A stretch of 64,000 bases of DNA from Patescibacteria group bacterium (GTDB lineage Bacteria; Patescibacteriota; JAQUNI01): contig JAQUNI010000004.1 in NCBI GenBank assembly GCA_028717685.1, positions 8,599-72,598 on the forward strand. The letters run 5' to 3'. The notes under the pieces were generated by a model. The model ran no database searches. It was not told where the DNA came from and saw nothing but the letters and a program-made list of their open reading frames with translations. The position numbers were made by a program, and so were the translations under genes. Below, in pieces: positions 1-9,932 of this stretch. Numbering within the stretch: position 1 is the first letter of the stretch; every line of letters starts with the position of its first letter.

Positions 1-11
1 CAATAAAGATA

Positions 12-155
12 TCATTTGCAGGTGTCTTGATGGCAAGAGCAATCCGGCGGACAAGTGCATTTTTCCACTGTTTCACCGCAATCGCAAGGACACATTTTTT
101 TTGATTTTTCTTCTGTTTTGTCCTCTTTTGGAGAACCGCAGGAACCACAAGTCAT
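12..155 (-). CDS. Small cysteine-rich peptide, 47 aa with 11 Cys (metallothionein-like or metal/redox peptide). Too short to appear in the supplied ORF track.
   Basis: Manual translation of the minus strand gives MTCGSCGSPKEDKTEEKSKKMCPCDCGETVEKCTCPPDCSCHQDTCK followed by a stop. It has CxxC, CxC and CxxxC motifs. No clear SD. It lies directly downstream of the glutaredoxin-like gene. Confidence 0.3.
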   Translation of the reverse strand: MTCGSCGSPKEDKTEEKSKKMCPCDCGETVEKCTCPPDCSCHQDTCK

Positions 156-283
156 AGGTTAATAGATAATAATTAAAATCATTTAAGATAGTTAAAATTC
201 CAAGCACCAAATTCTAAATAAATCTCAAATTGTAATTTTCAAAATTCAAAACCTTTCCGTTTTTGATCGAAGATTTTAAAATG

Positions 284-529
284 TTATTTTTCCAGGATTA
301 TTTTATCTATTTTTTCCTTATCAAATTCTGAAATAATTTCTTCTTTGCCATCTTTTTCCACAATAATTACGGGGACGCCCATCTGACCAGTTTTCTGGAT
401 CATTTCTTCGGCTGCTTTTTGATCTGCGGCAACATTGACTTCTTCAAAAACAATATTATGTTGTTTTAAATATTCTTTCGCAGTGACGCAATGAGGGCAG
501 GCAGGGGTGGAATAAATTTTGACTTTCAT
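284..529 (-). CDS. Glutaredoxin-like / NrdH-like small thioredoxin-fold protein
   Basis: 81 aa. N-terminal CPHC redox motif in an 'IYSTPACPHCVTAKEYL' context typical of glutaredoxin/NrdH. Confidence 0.7.
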   Translation of the reverse strand: MKVKIYSTPACPHCVTAKEYLKQHNIVFEEVNVAADQKAAEEMIQKTGQMGVPVIIVEKDGKEEIISEFDKEKIDKIILEK

Positions 530-924
530 AGTTTTAATATAATTAGAAGATTCCTAATTCTTTAATTTTTTCTAGTTGAATGGAAGAGAGCACTTTATGT
601 TTATACATCGCATTGATAATAATTTTGTAGAATTTTTGTCTTCTTTCATGTTGCCAAATATCCACCTTTTTTTCTAGACGGGATAAAATTAGCGCAAGGA
701 TATTATAGCATAACTTGATTTTGGCGGGAAGGGAAAGATATTTGGTAACCAGCGACCAATAACAAATAATTGGTAAGGATTGGGGATGGCAGGTAAAAGT
801 CAGTTATTTTCAATAATAGCTTTTTTCTAGTGTCAGTCCTTGTCGGATAAAAGCGGGAATTTTGAATTCCAAAATCAAAAAAACAAGAGTTTTTTTGTCC
901 TTTTTATGGTTTAAGAGCGACCAA

Positions 925-995
925 GGTGAAGCCGCAACTTTCCCCTTGACCCGCCTAGACTCGGCGAGGCTGGTAAGGGGGAGGGATATTGTCTT
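925..995. repeat. Degenerate copy of the GC-rich MITE family (CCCCTTGACC...GGGGGAGGG module)
   Basis: Shares the 'ccccttgacc(t/c)gc' and 'gggggag' modules with the copies at 12.5 kb and 46.9 kb. Lies in a 590-bp spacer with no credible ORF. Confidence 0.4.
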
Positions 996-1119
996 GCCAC
1001 ACTTTGAAGAAAAATTATTTAAGATAATAAAAAAGACCTCATACATTTCTATGTGAAGCCTGGAATTGTAAGCGTACAATATTCTAAAGAAAGAGCTAAC
1101 CCTTCCTTCGTCAGGACTT

Positions 1120-1626
1120 TCAGCTTGCGAGCAATGCCGCGGGGTCGCTCTCAATCCAGCCAACGTCAAACCAGAGGTAGCCCCAGCTCCACTTGTCGTC
1201 GCTGAAACAGAGGTAACGGACACAGAGGTTGCCTAAAGAGGAGCGTAAGATGGTCCCCCAGAAGAAGATGTAGTAATTATTATTCTTCCAGCCTTCAGGG
1301 ATGAGATTTGGATGCTCAAGCAGAGCATCCAAAATGTTGGGATGGAGTACAGGTTTTCCCGAAAGTTCTTTGTGAAGCTCATGCCCGCTTATCCGGCCAT
1401 GCTTCTGTCGTTCGGATAGATACAGAATGACCTTACGGTCATCTATATACAGTTCGTCCCTTCCGGAATCAGGACCTTTGGCCTCGCGTTTCTCGACCTT
1501 AACCCATCCGCTACCATTATTCTTTTCAATTTTCGCATCATCAGAGAGCAGTTTCGGTGGCGCGTCGAGATTGACGAGAATTTCGGTTTTGCTCATCATT
1601 TTAAATCGTTCTTCACTATTTTCCAT
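1120..1626 (-). CDS. Hypothetical protein
   Basis: 168-aa ORF. No motif recognized. The 3' portion may be extended into repeat sequence by the ORF caller. Confidence 0.35.
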   Translation of the reverse strand: MENSEERFKMMSKTEILVNLDAPPKLLSDDAKIEKNNGSGWVKVEKREAKGPDSGRDELYIDDRKVILYLSERQKHGRISGHELHKELSGKPVLHPNILDALLEHPNLIPEGWKNNNYYIFFWGTILRSSLGNLCVRYLCFSDDKWSWGYLWFDVGWIESDPAALLAS

Positions 1627-2008
1627 TATAATTCTCCTTTTTCTTTAATACAAAATAAACAAAACCAATTTAATTAAGTATTATCAACTTCTTATTGGTT
1701 TTTTCTCTAATAAATCCTACTCAGCATTTCGGCTAAAAGCCCAAAGCTCACCATTTGAAAACCAACAATTATTAGTTGTTGGGAGGTATTATATTGTGAA
1801 AGGTGCCTTTTGTCGGATGTATAGTTATATCATATTTTAAGAAAAAGGTCAATGATTTGGAAGTATTTTGGCTAAAATAAATGAAAAAATGGCTTACTTA
1901 AGCCATTTTACAATAGCTCTCCTTCCCCCGGTATTATAGAGGCAAGGGGTAAATCTAACCTCCCTTTCCTCCTGCGTCAGCCATGGGCGGACTTTTAGCG
2001 GGACACGG

Positions 2009-3037
2009 TTAGAGGGAATATTTTTCAAATAATTTTTTCGCCATTTCCCAGTAGGTACTATCTCCTTTTGTTTTAAGATAATACCACCATTCAACGCCCC
2101 AAAAATAGGCGGTATCGAAACCGCATTCTTTACTATAATCCACAATTTCTTGAAATTTTTCCGGACTCATTGTTTTAGCTATTATTTCGGGGGCAGCGTT
2201 TTTAATATCGCCGCCGTGGATCCATGGCTCGGCTTGTTGCTCCGAAACAATCACCGGTTTGTTCCCGAATAAGAATTTCATTAAAGCCACTTTGCGGTGG
2301 TAAAAAATCGCTGGGATTCGATATTTAGTATAGCCGGCAAAACGATTGTAAACATATTTGTAAAGCGATGTGCCAAAGATTTCAGCGCGGCGATATTCGC
2401 CGAGCCAAAGGGAGAATTCGCCCGATGAGGTAAGCATAATAGGACGGGAATCTCGCGCTCGCACAAAGATGATTTCTTCTTCAAAAAGTTTTTTATCCCT
2501 TTGGGGGCAATTTCCAAAGCTACGAAAGAAAAAGGGTTCATTTTCTACCTGCCAGATTTTAATATGGTCGTCATTTTTGTAGCGGTCGATAATTTTTCCA
2601 ATGAGCGATAAGAGATGCTTTTGCCTTTCTGCCGCGGGAAGAGAAAACGCCCAAGCGGGAATATGGCATTCAGGCCAGCGGGGGACTTTTTCCCCAAAGG
2701 CGAGGATAATTTCTCCATCCCTTTTGTCAATTTCCGCAATCTGCCAATCTAAATCCGAGAAGTCATATTCCCCTTCTGTTTTTTCCAGATCATCCCAGTA
2801 AGCCATCAAGCGGAATTTTTGCGCTCCCAAATCATCCAAAATCGCGTTCAGAGCGGCTTCCGGATCCAGATTATACTCTCGCATATTTTTTGCGGAAAAG
2901 TTGACCCCATATTCCACATTATTAGCCGGGTCAGAGATGCCGAGTAAAAAATAAATTAGAATTACTCCCAATAAGCCAATAATTACAGTTATGGATATTA
3001 TAAAAAATTTCTTCATAGAGTAATCCTTATAACGCAT
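2009..3037 (-). CDS. Membrane-anchored glycoside hydrolase, clan GH-A (GH5/GH42-like TIM barrel). The start may instead be at 3016 (MKKFF...).
   Basis: N-terminal TM/signal anchor. 'WQVENEP' has the NEP acid/base motif typical of clan GH-A. Aromatic-rich (Y/W) as in TIM-barrel glycosidases. Confidence 0.55.
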   Translation of the reverse strand: MRYKDYSMKKFFIISITVIIGLLGVILIYFLLGISDPANNVEYGVNFSAKNMREYNLDPEAALNAILDDLGAQKFRLMAYWDDLEKTEGEYDFSDLDWQIAEIDKRDGEIILAFGEKVPRWPECHIPAWAFSLPAAERQKHLLSLIGKIIDRYKNDDHIKIWQVENEPFFFRSFGNCPQRDKKLFEEEIIFVRARDSRPIMLTSSGEFSLWLGEYRRAEIFGTSLYKYVYNRFAGYTKYRIPAIFYHRKVALMKFLFGNKPVIVSEQQAEPWIHGGDIKNAAPEIIAKTMSPEKFQEIVDYSKECGFDTAYFWGVEWWYYLKTKGDSTYWEMAKKLFEKYSL

Positions 3038-3075
3038 TTTTAAGTTGCAAATTACACGTTACAAGTTGCGAGAAT

Positions 3076-3966
3076 TTATTTAAACGCCAAAATCGCCAAT
3101 CCAAAGGTAATCAGAACTACGGCGATAATTTTTTGCACTTTTTGATTTTTAAATTCCTCAGCAAAAAGGGCAGGAATTTTTTCCGACAGAATCAAGGCGA
3201 TGATCAGGAGAAAAATGTATTGGACCCCTTGAAGGGCGTTTACTATAATAACCGAGGAAAGAAAGATAGCATAATTCAGCATTATCGCGGCAAGGGCGGC
3301 AATAACACGAATACCAAGATAGCTTAAGCTTACCTTCGTTCCCGCTTTTTGAGGCGCTTTTTTAATTTTTTTACGCCAGAGAGGTACGAGAAAGATAGAC
3401 AATGCCAGAGCGAGGCTCCCTATTTTAATCCAAATAAACCCTACCCAGAACGGAGTCAGATTATAGACATATTTAGTAAGAATAAAGGAAGCCGCGAAAC
3501 AAAACGCGGCAGCCAAGCCATACATTACGCCTTGTCTGGAAAAAAGATTGCGGCGGCGGCGTTCGGCGGTAATCAATATGCCCCCTAATATTAAGAGATA
3601 AAAAGCAATAAATTGGTCTCGGTTTAATTTTTCCTGTAAGAAGATGGAGCTTAAAATGAAAGTAAAGAGCGGCACCATTGTGCCAATAAAAGGGATGATG
3701 CGAGAGGTTGGATTTTTTTCAATTGCCGAGAAAAAGAAAATGAGAGCAATAACAAAAAAAGCGCCTGCGGCAAGGGCGGCGACGATAACTTTCCCTCTCG
3801 GCATCTGCCAAGCGAGGGGAAATAAAAATATAGCCGATCCCCCCAAAAGGCCGTTATAGAAAGCGTAGGCTAAAGGGGATTTAACTTCGCGGGATAAAAT
3901 ATATTTGTCGCCCACGGAAACAATAGCATAAAGAAGATGAGCGGCAATAACTAAGAGAAGCCACAT
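3076..3966 (-). CDS. EamA/DMT-superfamily transporter (10 TM)
   Basis: 296 aa, two repeated 5-TM halves. The N-terminus 'LLYAIVSVGDKYIL' resembles EamA. Confidence 0.7.
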   Translation of the reverse strand: MWLLLVIAAHLLYAIVSVGDKYILSREVKSPLAYAFYNGLLGGSAIFLFPLAWQMPRGKVIVAALAAGAFFVIALIFFFSAIEKNPTSRIIPFIGTMVPLFTFILSSIFLQEKLNRDQFIAFYLLILGGILITAERRRRNLFSRQGVMYGLAAAFCFAASFILTKYVYNLTPFWVGFIWIKIGSLALALSIFLVPLWRKKIKKAPQKAGTKVSLSYLGIRVIAALAAIMLNYAIFLSSVIIVNALQGVQYIFLLIIALILSEKIPALFAEEFKNQKVQKIIAVVLITFGLAILAFK

Positions 3967-4118
3967 AATAAAATAATTTTTAATTTCTAATTTTTAATTT
4001 TCATTAAATTTTCAATGAATTAATTTTTAAACCGTTTGCTCCGTTTAGAGATTTTTCATTTCTAATTGGGTTTGAAAATTTCAAAATTAAAAATTTGATA
4101 GAAATTAGAAATTGAAAA
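3967..4118. repeat. AT-rich phased A/T-tract intergenic repeat (aaatt / ttaaa periodic motifs)
   Basis: Similar tracts recur at 5301-5438, 44785-44880 and 53369-53505, all at gene boundaries. Confidence 0.5.
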
Positions 4119-5300
4119 TTAGAAATTCTTGATGATGTCGGCATAAACGCGCGCTGATGGTCGGATGATTCGCTTTTGAGTGCGATAATCTATTTCAATT
4201 AAGCCAAAACGTGGTGAAAATCCGCGCGCCCATTCAAAATTGTCTATTAAAGACCAATGAAAATAACCGCGAACATCAATATTTTGAGCTATTGCCTTTT
4301 GGATCATCTCAATATGTTTAGTGATGAATTGGGCGCGGTATTTATCCTTTTGATCCGCCAAGCCATTTTCGGTGATATAAATGGGCAAATTAAACTTTTT
4401 TAATTCCCATAAAATCTGATATAAACCCTCGGGGTATATCTCCCATCCTAAATCCGAGGTTGTATTATTTTGTGCGCGAGAGATGGCATCTTTCATTTTG
4501 TAAAAAGGGGGCGCTAATTGAGCTTGAATTTTATAATGGAAATAATAGTTAATGCCCAGGAAATCGTGGCACCTTTTTGTTTTTTTATAAAAAACATTAT
4601 TCCAAAATTTTTTTGCTATCTTGCAAGCTAATTTGTCTAAGGGAGAGCTGGCGGCGTCAAAATAAATATAATTTTTCGCAATCCCGACTTGGGCTTCAGG
4701 GAGAAGCGCGTGAATTTTTTCATAGGCTTGCTTGTGGCATTCCGCAAGTCTGTTGATAACCCTTTTATATTGCCAGAAGCTTTTTTTACCCGGCGGCCAG
4801 TCGCCTGCTAGATAGCCGTGGCTAGCGAAAACATTTGGTTCATTGATGGTGATCCAAAAATCAACATAGCCAGAGAATTTTTTGACCGCTAATTCCGCAA
4901 GACGGGTGAAATAAAAAACACCTTTGGGATGCAAAAATCCCCCCTTTTTCGCGAGCCATAAAGGCAGGGTGAAATGATGGAGGGTAAGCATTACCTTGAA
5001 GCCTTTTTCTTTCAAGGCTTTGAATACCTGCAGGTAGTGATTGATTTCTTGGGTGTTAAAATTGCCTTCTTGAGGTTCAAGGCGGCTCCATTCAAGAGAT
5101 AAACGGTGGGCATTGTGATTCAAATTTTTTGCCCGCTCAAAATCTTCTTGAAATAGATTATAGTGATTACAGGCGAGCCCTGAAGATTTCAGCCCCCTTT
5201 TTTGTTCCCATTCCCACCAGTCGCTATTATAGTTATTACCTTCCACTTGATAAGCGCTTGTGGCAGCACCCCAGAGGAAGTTGGGAGGAAAACGAAACAT
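4119..5300 (-). CDS. Glycoside hydrolase family 1 beta-glucosidase
   Basis: N-terminal 'FLWGAATSAYQVEG' GH1 signature, catalytic 'TINEP' and 'ITENG' motifs. Confidence 0.85.
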   Translation of the reverse strand: MFRFPPNFLWGAATSAYQVEGNNYNSDWWEWEQKRGLKSSGLACNHYNLFQEDFERAKNLNHNAHRLSLEWSRLEPQEGNFNTQEINHYLQVFKALKEKGFKVMLTLHHFTLPLWLAKKGGFLHPKGVFYFTRLAELAVKKFSGYVDFWITINEPNVFASHGYLAGDWPPGKKSFWQYKRVINRLAECHKQAYEKIHALLPEAQVGIAKNYIYFDAASSPLDKLACKIAKKFWNNVFYKKTKRCHDFLGINYYFHYKIQAQLAPPFYKMKDAISRAQNNTTSDLGWEIYPEGLYQILWELKKFNLPIYITENGLADQKDKYRAQFITKHIEMIQKAIAQNIDVRGYFHWSLIDNFEWARGFSPRFGLIEIDYRTQKRIIRPSARVYADIIKNF

Positions 5301-5438
5301 AAAAATTCAAAATTTAAAATTAAAAATGTAAAATTGCAATGCAAAATTAAAAATTTTGAATTTTAAGTTGTCTCGCTTTGCGAGATCTTGCAAAGCGATG
5401 ATAATTTTTCATTTTGCATTTTTAATTTTTAATTTTAT

Positions 5439-5633
5439 CTAGATTCCCCGAAACAGCGCTCCTAAGATTAGAAGTAGTGGCGCTCCCATTAATGCCCACA
5501 TCCCTACTTCAAAATCTACTCTATAGAAAGGCAGGGGTAAAATAGTACCGAAAATTCCTGTCAGAAGCAAGCCTAAAGCAGCAATCATTGTAATTAAACG
5601 CGGGGGGCTTATTAATTTTTTCAGGCTTTTCAT
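5439..5633 (-). CDS. Small membrane protein (2 TM), hypothetical
   Basis: 64 aa, hydrophobic. Its start overlaps the upstream gene stop by 4 nt (ATGA), implying an operon with 5630..5875. Confidence 0.4.
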   Translation of the reverse strand: MKSLKKLISPPRLITMIAALGLLLTGIFGTILPLPFYRVDFEVGMWALMGAPLLLILGALFRGI

Positions 5634-5875
5634 ATTTTTTTCAATATTGATCCTAATAGAAGTATCACCGTAGAAATAATTAATAAAGAGATTATCAGAA
5701 TATCAGGAAAAGAGAATAAAAAATAGCCCCCTACTCCAGCAACCCAGAAGAGAATGCCGAAAATTAAGGTCAACAGTTTTGGAGGGTCAGGATGACTTTG
5801 GACCAAAACCCAAAAAATCCGCAGATTTTTTGGGACACTTCGGTATTTAGAGAATGAATTTTTTCTTTTTTTCAC
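5630..5875 (-). CDS. Small membrane protein, hypothetical
   Basis: 81 aa. Basic N-terminus followed by two hydrophobic segments. Confidence 0.4.
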   Translation of the reverse strand: MKKRKNSFSKYRSVPKNLRIFWVLVQSHPDPPKLLTLIFGILFWVAGVGGYFLFSFPDILIISLLIISTVILLLGSILKKI

Positions 5876-5881
5876 CAGATT

Positions 5882-6679
5882 TTAGAAAGTAAAACCAGTT
5901 TTCATTAATTCGTCTACTTCGGCTTTAATTTCGGCTGGATAATTTTTTAGTTTGTTTTTAACTTCTTCCGTGACAATAGAAGCGACCACGTCTGTATCTT
6001 CAGGCATTTTAAGATTGCTAAATTCGTTACCCGCGGTTTGAAAGTCGGTACCTAATTTAGTTAATGCTTTCATATCATTCTTACGAAGAGCGTCAGTCAT
6101 TTGCACTAAGATTTGATCAAGATTTTCCAACTTTTGGATCAGTTGAATATGAACATCCTTGTAAGTTTCCGGGGGACTTGTTTTCTTTAGTTTGTCTAAG
6201 CTTTCAGTTAATGTATTGTGCATCTTGTCAAAAAGAGCAATCGCTTCTGCGGCGGTATTGGCTTTGGAACTGCCCATGGATTGAAAAGAGGATCCAATGT
6301 CCATCCATATTTGTCCGTATTCTGTCCAAGTAATGATTTTTCCTGCGGTGTCGCGAGCTATCGTGAAATATTCTTTCGTTTTTGCTTCCAGGGCTTTTGC
6401 CTTTTTAGGCGCTTTCAGGGCGTTAAGCCGAGCCAATTGATTTTCGGAGTCAGTTTTAACGACCATTATCTCGGTCTGTATTTCTTTTGGGGTTGTATTT
6501 TCTGTTTTGACATCCAACTTTTCCGAGGTCCATTTACTGTTGCTATCTTTCATTATTAAACTTACTTGTTCAGCATAAGATCTGGTTTGTACTCCTTTTT
6601 GCCAGGCATAAGCTGTGACTCCTCCTCCGACCGCAAGGATGGCAGCAACAGCAATACCGACGACGAGAGGTTTTTTCAT
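5882..6679 (-). CDS. Secreted/membrane-anchored hypothetical protein
   Basis: 265 aa. N-terminal signal anchor 'KKPLVVGIAVAAILAVGGG', then a helical, Lys/Glu-rich sequence. Confidence 0.45.
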   Translation of the reverse strand: MKKPLVVGIAVAAILAVGGGVTAYAWQKGVQTRSYAEQVSLIMKDSNSKWTSEKLDVKTENTTPKEIQTEIMVVKTDSENQLARLNALKAPKKAKALEAKTKEYFTIARDTAGKIITWTEYGQIWMDIGSSFQSMGSSKANTAAEAIALFDKMHNTLTESLDKLKKTSPPETYKDVHIQLIQKLENLDQILVQMTDALRKNDMKALTKLGTDFQTAGNEFSNLKMPEDTDVVASIVTEEVKNKLKNYPAEIKAEVDELMKTGFTF

Positions 6680-6843
6680 TTTTTTTGTTTTAATTTATTA
6701 AATGTTTAATAATCAGAACTTAAAAATATTATTTGGCCTTCGCCGACCGTGATTGGTTTTGATTCTGATATAGGTCGGAGAAAGTTGCAAATAGGTTTAT
6801 GCTTTTTCTTCAACATTAAGTATAAAATTTTGAAAAAGTAATG

Positions 6844-7341
6844 TCAAGCCTCATCCCTCTTTACGATGGGATAGTTCACAGAATGACTGATTATTTCTCC
6901 TTCGGAATTGAAACTAAATTCCCCTTGTACATTTTTTCCCGCCAAGACTTCGGGAAGCCAGTAAGGATCATCAGACCACATTTGGGGGTATGGAATTGCA
7001 TTCATCGGTATCCACCGGGGTTTCATTTCATCTGATTCTTGGGGCTCGCCCTCCCATTTATAAATAAGAAAAACATGCACTTCTTGGTTCCAATCTTTAT
7101 GATCAGAAGCGAAAAATTTTAAAGTCGCTTTTTGCGCGTAGTTTAATGGTTTGACTCCGATTTCTTCTATTGTTTCGCGGACTAAGGCTTCTTCAATAGT
7201 TTCTCCATCTTTTTCTTTGACTTTACCGCCAAAACCATTAAATTTTCCTTGACCGAGGCCTCTTTTTTTCATTGCGAGGAGAATTTGGTCGCCCTTGATA
7301 AGATAAGCCAGAGTTGTTTTTTTTAAGTTTTGGTTGCTCAT
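6844..7341 (-). CDS. NUDIX hydrolase (MutT/8-oxo-dGTPase-like). True start at 7341 (MSNQNL...); the longer ORF overlaps pdaD.
   Basis: Nudix box 'GGKVKEKDGETIEEALVRETIEEIGV'. The ATG at 7339-7341 gives a 166-aa product without overlap. Confidence 0.75.
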   Translation of the reverse strand: MSNQNLKKTTLAYLIKGDQILLAMKKRGLGQGKFNGFGGKVKEKDGETIEEALVRETIEEIGVKPLNYAQKATLKFFASDHKDWNQEVHVFLIYKWEGEPQESDEMKPRWIPMNAIPYPQMWSDDPYWLPEVLAGKNVQGEFSFNSEGEIISHSVNYPIVKRDEA

Positions 7342-7361
7342 AAATTTGTCATATATACTAA

Positions 7362-7904
7362 TTAAATAATAAACACGGCGGCGGCAATAGCGGTTGTCCA
7401 AAGTCCGTCTTTATCGCCTTCCGCAGACTGCACGACATTGGTAGTTTTGAAAATTTTACCGCTCGCTTTATAAACTTGTTTCCTTTCATCCCACGCCATT
7501 GCCACGTTAAATTTCAATCCTAAAGTCGTGGCTAACATCGTCGCAGCTAAATCCTCGGCATAATCTCCCGCTTTCTTGGCTGTTTCGCCAAAAGAATGGT
7601 GCTCGGAAAGATAACCGTAGCCGGTCTGATTCATCGGGAGAGCTAAACCAACGGCGGAGGAAATCAGCCGATTGGGTTCATTAGTATCGCTGCGCGCCAT
7701 TACGACAAAAGTAATTTGACCGGGTTTCAGCATTGATAATCCTTTGGGCGTAGAAACCAGTTTGCAGTTAGGCGGGAAGATACTGGAAACATTCACGAGG
7801 TTGCATTTTTCAATCCCGCCTTTGCGGAGCGCCAGTTCAAAAGAAGCGAGGTGATCTTTGTGCACGCCGACGCCCTTGGTGAAAAAACAGTATTGAGGGA
7901 TCAT
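7362..7904 (-). CDS. pdaD: Pyruvoyl-dependent arginine decarboxylase
   Basis: 180 aa. '[11 protein letters not shown]' contains the Ser-Ser self-cleavage site. Overall collinear with the archaeal PdaD family. Confidence 0.75.
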   Translation of the reverse strand: MIPQYCFFTKGVGVHKDHLASFELALRKGGIEKCNLVNVSSIFPPNCKLVSTPKGLSMLKPGQITFVVMARSDTNEPNRLISSAVGLALPMNQTGYGYLSEHHSFGETAKKAGDYAEDLAATMLATTLGLKFNVAMAWDERKQVYKASGKIFKTTNVVQSAEGDKDGLWTTAIAAAVFII

Positions 7905-7922
7905 ATTAATTTTTTGTGTATT

Positions 7923-8510
7923 TTAAATAAGGTGAACACCGAAATGTTCTAAACTTTGGGCAAGTTCTGACATGGGGAGTCCCACGACATTAGAATAATC
8001 TCCTTCAATCTTTTTAATTAAAAGTTCGCCCAATCCTTGAATAGCGTAAGCGCCTGCTTTATCTAAGGGTTTTTCAGATTGAATGTAGTTATTGATCTCT
8101 TCTTTGGAAAGTTTGCGGAAATAGACTTTTGTTTCCACAACTTTGGAAACAGTTTTTTTATTTTTAGTGTCCAGAATTGTAAAGCCAGTAAAGACCGAAT
8201 GCTTTTTATTGTTTAACAATTGAAGCATTCTGTAGGCGTGTTTTAAGGTTTTGGGTTTGCCTAAGATTTTGTTTTGATAAACAACCAGCGTGTCCGCGGC
8301 AATAATAATCGCGTTTGGATGTTTTTTAGCCGCCGCCTTTGCTTTTTCAAGCGACAAAAATTTTACCAGCTTTTTAGGTTCTAGTTCGGGATTGATTTTT
8401 TCCGCATAGCCGCTGTCTTCCGCCTCAAATTTCAGCCCGATTTTTTCTAAAAGCTCTCTGCGCCGCGGCGAATTGGAAGCAAGGATAATTTTGCGCATAT
8501 TTTTTGACAT
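7923..8510 (-). CDS. maf: Maf-like nucleoside triphosphate pyrophosphatase
   Basis: 195 aa. 'ILASNSPRRRELL' N-terminal Maf signature and 'AGAYAIQG' C-terminal motif. Confidence 0.85.
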   Translation of the reverse strand: MSKNMRKIILASNSPRRRELLEKIGLKFEAEDSGYAEKINPELEPKKLVKFLSLEKAKAAAKKHPNAIIIAADTLVVYQNKILGKPKTLKHAYRMLQLLNNKKHSVFTGFTILDTKNKKTVSKVVETKVYFRKLSKEEINNYIQSEKPLDKAGAYAIQGLGELLIKKIEGDYSNVVGLPMSELAQSLEHFGVHLI

Positions 8511-8610
8511 ATTCCTATTTTACTACAGAAATAGGGAAAAGGAAATAAAAAAAGCAAGCCTTAGGGCTTGCTATGGAGACTGCTTTTTTAGAAAAGAACT
8601 TTGGAATTTG

Positions 8611-9918
8611 TTAAATAGTAATTTGCAATTCTTCTGTGAGCAGCCGCTTTACTTCCGCTACGGGATCTTTGGCTTGAGTAATTTGTCTGCCCATCACCAG
8701 ATGATTTGAGCCGTCAGCGATCGTTTGAGCGGGCGTGCCCGTTCTTTTTTGATCATCTTTGCCGACCTCTGACGATCGGATGCCCGGCGTTACCAGTGTC
8801 ATATCAGAGTAGATTTCTCTTAATTCTTTCACTTCTTCGGGTGAGCAAACTAAGCCGTGAGCCCCGGCGCGTTTAGCAATCGCGGCTAGTATTTTTACTT
8901 CTTCTCGAGGTAACCGATTGTATATTTCTATACCGGTTTTTTCGTCTATGGAGGTAAGAACGGTGACCACAAGCACTTTTGTCGGAGTATCTTTAAGACC
9001 GTCCACTACCGTTTTAATCATCTCATCTCCGCCTGTACCATGGACAGTGACTGCCCAAGGAGGATTTTCCTGTAAATCTTTTACGATATTATCTGCAGTA
9101 TTCTTGATGTCGTGGATTTTAAGATCCGCCATCACCCTTCCATAAACCTGAAGGTTAGGAATAAGGCTGGCTATTCCAGTGTTGAGCAGTAGGTTGTTCA
9201 CCTTGAAAATGCACCCACTTGTGCGCAAGGGATCCATAATACTCAAGGCGGTTTCCCAGTCCATTCCGTCCAAAGCGATAATGAGCGGATTTTTTTCCTC
9301 TAGAGCAGGATCACAGCGCTGCATAATATTGTGCGTGATTAAATACTTACGCACATCGTGGAGCGTCATCCCAGACCAAACCTCCATTGGGATATTCTTA
9401 GCAGCAAATGTTTTTTTCCATCCCTCCTGGCGGTCCACCAGAACTACCATCGGCAGAATTTCAAGACCGCTAGCCAAACATTCCTCGTAGGGCATACTAG
9501 CCGAGCCGCCGGTAGTAATTACATCATCAATGACACACACGAGATCATTGTAATTAGCCTCTCCTATCACTTTTGCTTTGGCGACCCTTCCTTGTTTTGC
9601 TTCCTCTCTTATTGTTATATAGGGAATGCCAGTTTGAACCGCAAGTACTCCTGCGAGGCAACTTACCGAGTCTGGTACCTCCACAAAACGGTCAGGTTTT
9701 AAACGTCTCAAGGGATTGCTATAGACATTGCTGAGCCATAGTAATGCCTCGGGATTGCTCCTTGCCTCTCTTAGATTAATATAGACATCTGTTTTGCCAC
9801 CACTTTTAAGTGGGAGTTGCCTTTTATTGTCCCACTTAATCAGGTCAAAGCGAAGTAGCTCTGTACAAACTTCATCTTGTTCTAATGGCGTTAGCCAATG
9901 TGAATCAGAAATTTTCAT
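8611..9918 (-). CDS. Bifunctional orotate phosphoribosyltransferase / OMP decarboxylase (PyrE-PyrF fusion, UMP-synthase-like)
   Basis: N-terminal half has the PRTase motif 'VCVIDDVITTGGSA'. C-terminal half has OMP decarboxylase motifs: 'LIIALDG', 'KIHDIKNT', 'PGIR'. Confidence 0.75.
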   Translation of the reverse strand: MKISDSHWLTPLEQDEVCTELLRFDLIKWDNKRQLPLKSGGKTDVYINLREARSNPEALLWLSNVYSNPLRRLKPDRFVEVPDSVSCLAGVLAVQTGIPYITIREEAKQGRVAKAKVIGEANYNDLVCVIDDVITTGGSASMPYEECLASGLEILPMVVLVDRQEGWKKTFAAKNIPMEVWSGMTLHDVRKYLITHNIMQRCDPALEEKNPLIIALDGMDWETALSIMDPLRTSGCIFKVNNLLLNTGIASLIPNLQVYGRVMADLKIHDIKNTADNIVKDLQENPPWAVTVHGTGGDEMIKTVVDGLKDTPTKVLVVTVLTSIDEKTGIEIYNRLPREEVKILAAIAKRAGAHGLVCSPEEVKELREIYSDMTLVTPGIRSSEVGKDDQKRTGTPAQTIADGSNHLVMGRQITQAKDPVAEVKRLLTEELQITI

Positions 9919-9932
9919 TTTTTATTCTCCTT

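Noticed and set aside
810-1223. ORF 810..1223(-) 137 aa and ORF 862..1056(+)
   Set aside because: They span a 590-bp spacer containing a degenerate MITE module (ccccttgacc...gggggaggg), with no SD or motif. I also looked here for RNase P, SRP or tmRNA signatures and found none convincing.
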